DNA of 63,891 nt, counting the filler, from assembly GCA_964501035.1 (NCBI GenBank). It is 3 parts of 3 records of this genome, joined end to end, with 100 filler letters (N's around TTAATTAATTAA, not from the genome) between each part and the next. Parts side by side here need not be neighbours in the genome. Positions count along the whole stretch, not along the records: positions 60,185 to 63,891 come from CAZCRK010000094.1; 2 more parts are not named here. One strand, given 5' to 3'. Shown here piece by piece: positions 60,825 to 63,891 of the stretch; positions within the stretch are counted from its first letter, which is position 1; every line of letters begins with the position of its first letter. Below the pieces are notes generated by a model that had not been told where the DNA came from, did no database searches, and saw only the letters and a list, made by a program, of their open reading frames with translations. The position numbers were made by a program, and so were the translations under genes.

Positions 60825-61489
60825 TATTCTTCTGTTTGCTCTCCAGAGTCACTATCAGAAGATTCTTCAGACGGAGTTCCTTCTTCTTCATCCATGAAAT
60901 CTTCGTCAACTTCTTCAGTTACAACTTCTTCTTCACGCATTGGTTGTGTGACTGAGCAAACAACTGCCTCATCACTACTTTTGAGTGTTAGCTTATCATC
61001 TAATTCAAGATCTCCAACTCGGATACTATCCCCAATTGCCAATGCTTCAATGTTCACTTTAATTGAGTCTGGGATATCAAGTGGAAGGCATTCTATTTCA
61101 ATTTCTGTAGTTGACTGCGATAGTACACCGCCTTCTTCCTTTACACCAACTGCATCGCCTATAAGTTCGATAGTAGCTTTAACGGTAACTGCTGTATCCA
61201 TTTTGACCCCATATAAGTCAATATGTAATACTTGGTCAGTAACAGGATGATATTGAACTGATTTGAAAATAACAGATCGAGTTTTTGAACCAACGGCTAT
61301 ACTGAAAATATGAGCACCTGATTTTATAGCACCTCTTAATTCGGTTTGCTCTATATAAAAAGCAATACTTTGCTTGGAATCATGTGAATAATACACCCCA
61401 GGAATCTTATCATTCCGTCGAAGTTCTTTTAATCCACGCTTTCCTTCATCTTCTCGTTTAAATACTTCTAATTTATACTCATTTGACAT
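60824..61489 (-). CDS. rplY: 50S ribosomal protein L25/Ctc
   Basis: LRR..KIPGVYY, QYHPV...LHID, GVKEEGG; prs-rplY-pth order. Confidence 0.95.
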   Translation of the reverse strand: MSNEYKLEVFKREDEGKRGLKELRRNDKIPGVYYSHDSKQSIAFYIEQTELRGAIKSGAHIFSIAVGSKTRSVIFKSVQYHPVTDQVLHIDLYGVKMDTAVTVKATIELIGDAVGVKEEGGVLSQSTTEIEIECLPLDIPDSIKVNIEALAIGDSIRVGDLELDDKLTLKSSDEAVVCSVTQPMREEEVVTEEVDEDFMDEEEGTPSEESSDSDSGEQTEE

Positions 61490-61505
61490 GATTCCATGCT
61501 CCTTA

Positions 61506-62438
61506 TTAAAAATTAAACATTGAGCTTAACGATGTCCCGTCAACTATTCTTCGAATAGATTCACCGAACACCTTTGCTACAGAAATTACTTCTAATTTTT
61601 CAAACATTTTTTCTTCACTTAATGCAATTGTATCACAAACTATCACTTTAGTTAATGATGACGATTGCAATCTTTCAATCGCTGGACCTGAAAGCACAGG
61701 GTGAGTTGCAACAGCAGTTACTGACTCAGCGCCGTGATCCATTGCAGTATCAGCAGCATTACAAATGGTTCCAGCAGTATCAATCATATCATCAATAATC
61801 AATACATGTTTTTTCTCAAGATCACCCACTAAATTTGCAACCTCTGCCATATTAGGTTTGGGTCGTCGCTTATCAATTAAAGCAAATCCAACACCCAATT
61901 TTTTTGCATACGATTGGCTCATTTTTGCACTTCCAATATCCGGAGCTAAAACAACTCCAGAATCTTCATCTAAATTCATAGATTTCAATTTATCAAGAAG
62001 CACTATTCGGGCATATAAATGGTCAAATGGAACATTTACAAACCCTTGAATCTGCGCTGAATGCAAATCCATTGTGATGATTCTATCAACACCACCAGCT
62101 GTAATTAAATCAAGAATCAACCGTGAAGAAATGGGCACCCTCGGTCTATCTTTTCTATCCTGTCTGCCATATCCGAAATATGGAATTACAGCAACAACTG
62201 ACTTAGCAGATGCTCGTCTTGCAGCATCTAACATTAAAAGAAATTCCCAAATATTATCAGCAGGGGAGTTTGTTGATTGAATAATAAATACATCCTCATT
62301 TCGGATGTTTTCTTCAAACGCTAAACTAATTTCGCCATCACTAAACTCACTGATTGAAATCTTCCCTAGGGGAATATTTAAATAATCTGCAATTCCTTGA
62401 GCAAGTTTTGGATTGGCTCTTCCGCTGAATATCTTCAT
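61506..62438 (-). CDS. prs: Ribose-phosphate pyrophosphokinase
   Basis: FSDGE, PYFGYGRQDRK, DLHSAQIQG, DDMIDTAGT; start moved to 62438 (MKIFSG) because the longer start lies inside the tRNA. Confidence 0.96.
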   Translation of the reverse strand: MKIFSGRANPKLAQGIADYLNIPLGKISISEFSDGEISLAFEENIRNEDVFIIQSTNSPADNIWEFLLMLDAARRASAKSVVAVIPYFGYGRQDRKDRPRVPISSRLILDLITAGGVDRIITMDLHSAQIQGFVNVPFDHLYARIVLLDKLKSMNLDEDSGVVLAPDIGSAKMSQSYAKKLGVGFALIDKRRPKPNMAEVANLVGDLEKKHVLIIDDMIDTAGTICNAADTAMDHGAESVTAVATHPVLSGPAIERLQSSSLTKVIVCDTIALSEEKMFEKLEVISVAKVFGESIRRIVDGTSLSSMFNF

Positions 62439-62442
62439 AATG

Positions 62443-62513
62443 CTGGGGGATAGGGAGTCGAACCCCAATCCCATGGACCAAAACCATGTGTCCTACCATT
62501 GAACGATCCCCCA
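62443..62513 (-). tRNA. tRNA-Gln (anticodon UUG), CCA not encoded
   Basis: Acceptor TGGGGGA/TCCCCCA plus G discriminator; anticodon arm CATGG-TTTTGGT-CCATG; T arm TGGGG-TTCGACT-CCCTA; ispE-tRNA-Gln-prs synteny. Confidence 0.95.
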
Positions 62514-62559
62514 AACGATAATAGCAAAATGCTACTATCTAAAATTATATTTTCATTGA

Positions 62560-63402
62560 TTATGTTAAAACTGGAGAAGTGAGTTGTGTTTGTAAATGAG
62601 TAAATTTAGAAGATGCAGTTTCTGCACGTTCTAAGTTATCAAAAATACCAAACAAAGTCGAGCCACTTCCCGACAGACCGCCAAACAGAGCTCCCTGCTG
62701 TAACAACAGAGTTTTGATGTTTTCAATCTCTGGATATGTTGATCGGATAACCAATTCAAAATCATTTTCAAATAACTGCCATTTTACTGGACTTGTATAG
62801 CCCACTAATTTAGGAACTTCTTTTGATGGTGTCAAAACTTTTTTTACTTCACCATACGCCCATGCTGTAGAAACACTAAATTCAGGGAAGACTAGCAGGA
62901 TATATTTGTCATTCAAAAAAGTGGAATCAATTGGGGAAAGAACATCTCCAATGCCTTCGGCAAGTTGCACTTTACCATCTATAAAAAAGGGTACATCTGC
63001 ACCGAGTGACACCGCTATTTCTTTTTGTTTTTTGCTTGGTAGATTTAATTCCCAAAGAGAGTTGAGTGCTGTGTTAACGGATGCTGCATTACTACTGCCA
63101 CCACCCAACCCTGCACCAATGGGTATATTTTTCTCTAAATGGATATGATATTCTTGCTTAGTAGATGGTGCAAATTTTTCCATTTTACGATATGCTTGTG
63201 TGATAATATTTGATTCATCTGTGGGGACATGAATCCCATTAGTTGTGAGTGAAAAACTGGTTGATGGTGTAAATGTTAATTTATCCGCAAAATCAACCTC
63301 AATAAAAATGGATTGCAAATTATGATACCCATCAGAGCGTTGCCCTAAAATATTGAGTCCCAAATTTATTTTTGCATTTGAAGTTATTTTCATGACTTCC
63401 AT
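62560..63402 (-). CDS. ispE: 4-diphosphocytidyl-2-C-methyl-D-erythritol kinase
   Basis: AKINLGL, KNIPIGAGLGGGSSNAA, GADVPFF, SGSGST. Confidence 0.96.
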   Translation of the reverse strand: MEVMKITSNAKINLGLNILGQRSDGYHNLQSIFIEVDFADKLTFTPSTSFSLTTNGIHVPTDESNIITQAYRKMEKFAPSTKQEYHIHLEKNIPIGAGLGGGSSNAASVNTALNSLWELNLPSKKQKEIAVSLGADVPFFIDGKVQLAEGIGDVLSPIDSTFLNDKYILLVFPEFSVSTAWAYGEVKKVLTPSKEVPKLVGYTSPVKWQLFENDFELVIRSTYPEIENIKTLLLQQGALFGGLSGSGSTLFGIFDNLERAETASSKFTHLQTQLTSPVLT

Positions 63403-63453
63403 ATTTATAAACCGCTAATTATGCTAATTGTTTGACATTTCTTTTGTCTATAC

Positions 63454-63508
63454 AACCTTTCAAAGGTTTCCCCAAAAAACAGGCGGGCAAGTAACCCTTT
63501 GAAAGGTT
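63454..63508. repeat. Inverted pair of 15-bp palindromes (REP-like)
   Basis: AACCTTTCAAAGGTT at 63454-63468 and ACCCTTTGAAAGGTT at 63494-63508. Confidence 0.65.
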
Positions 63509-63576
63509 AACCATTATCCTCAATTTTATTTTTGATTTTGCCTACGGGAAAATCAATAGTCAAATAGTCAACAAAA

Positions 63577-63891
63577 CTAATCGCGAACTAACCTAACAAC
63601 GAACCCGTAGTTCTTATTGTAACTGCTACGGTCGACTTTTGAATCATTGTTATCAAATAGTCGTCTCCACGCGTGAATCGCACCAAACTCACTAGACGAC
63701 CAAAAATAACCTAAGTCGCCCATAAAGTGATATTCACCATAGCTATAATCACGGTAACCAGCAGGAAGGGCTGTGAAACCACTTTCATTGTTAGCACCAT
63801 CATTTGGGAATTCCCAATGATTATAACCAGATTCTTTCAAAAATGCACCCGCTATACTGCTTCCACCATAAAAGTTTACCAGCTCTTGCCA
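63577..63891 (-). CDS. Fibrobacter succinogenes major paralogous domain (Fib_succ_major) protein, 3' part
   Basis: WQEL..F.GG...AG..LK, NESGFTALPAGYR, GYFWSSS, GFVVRLVRD; frame open to the window edge. Confidence 0.9.
   Translation of the reverse strand, partial: WQELVNFYGGSSIAGAFLKESGYNHWEFPNDGANNESGFTALPAGYRDYSYGEYHFMGDLGYFWSSSEFGAIHAWRRLFDNNDSKVDRSSYNKNYGFVVRLVRD

Noticed and set aside
62439..62474. Longer prs start (MGLGFDS...)
   Set aside because: It lies within the tRNA-Gln gene; typical Prs begins at MKIFSG.

Overview
The window joins three unrelated contigs with artificial N-TTAATTAATTAA-N linkers (31087-31186, 60085-60184). Contig 1 (1-31086, all real genes on the minus strand) is the late structural module of a T4-like myophage: hub-like fragment, gp25, gp6, gp7-like, gp8-position protein, short VrlC/DUF4815, then about 20 kb of fibre genes, gp13, gp14, gp15, gp16 and partial gp17. 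Its fibre genes are very unusual. They are built from tandem ~40-aa six-cysteine 'GACC' repeats (one protein is 2144 aa, ~15% Cys in a sampled stretch) and carry collagen-like GxT heads and Lcl/C-lectin-like tips. Two genes share an identical G-rich PTPS linker, one junction has an in-frame TGA, and GxT(G/A) motifs recur across the virion proteins. Contig 2 (31187-60084) is a low-GC Gram-negative chromosome, probably Marinisomatota/Marinimicrobia (inference). It begins with the distal end of an integron-like cassette array (attC sites with a perfect 13-bp cassette-end complement). It continues with prfA, rpmE, rho, folC, murI, an amidase, an orphan motAB pair, ftsB, eno, a surface-glycan cluster and lpxB/lpxK. 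Contig 3 (60185-63891) has partial hppA, pth, rplY, prs, tRNA-Gln(UUG), ispE and a partial Fib_succ_major-domain gene. No database searches were possible; family calls come from recognised motifs and synteny.
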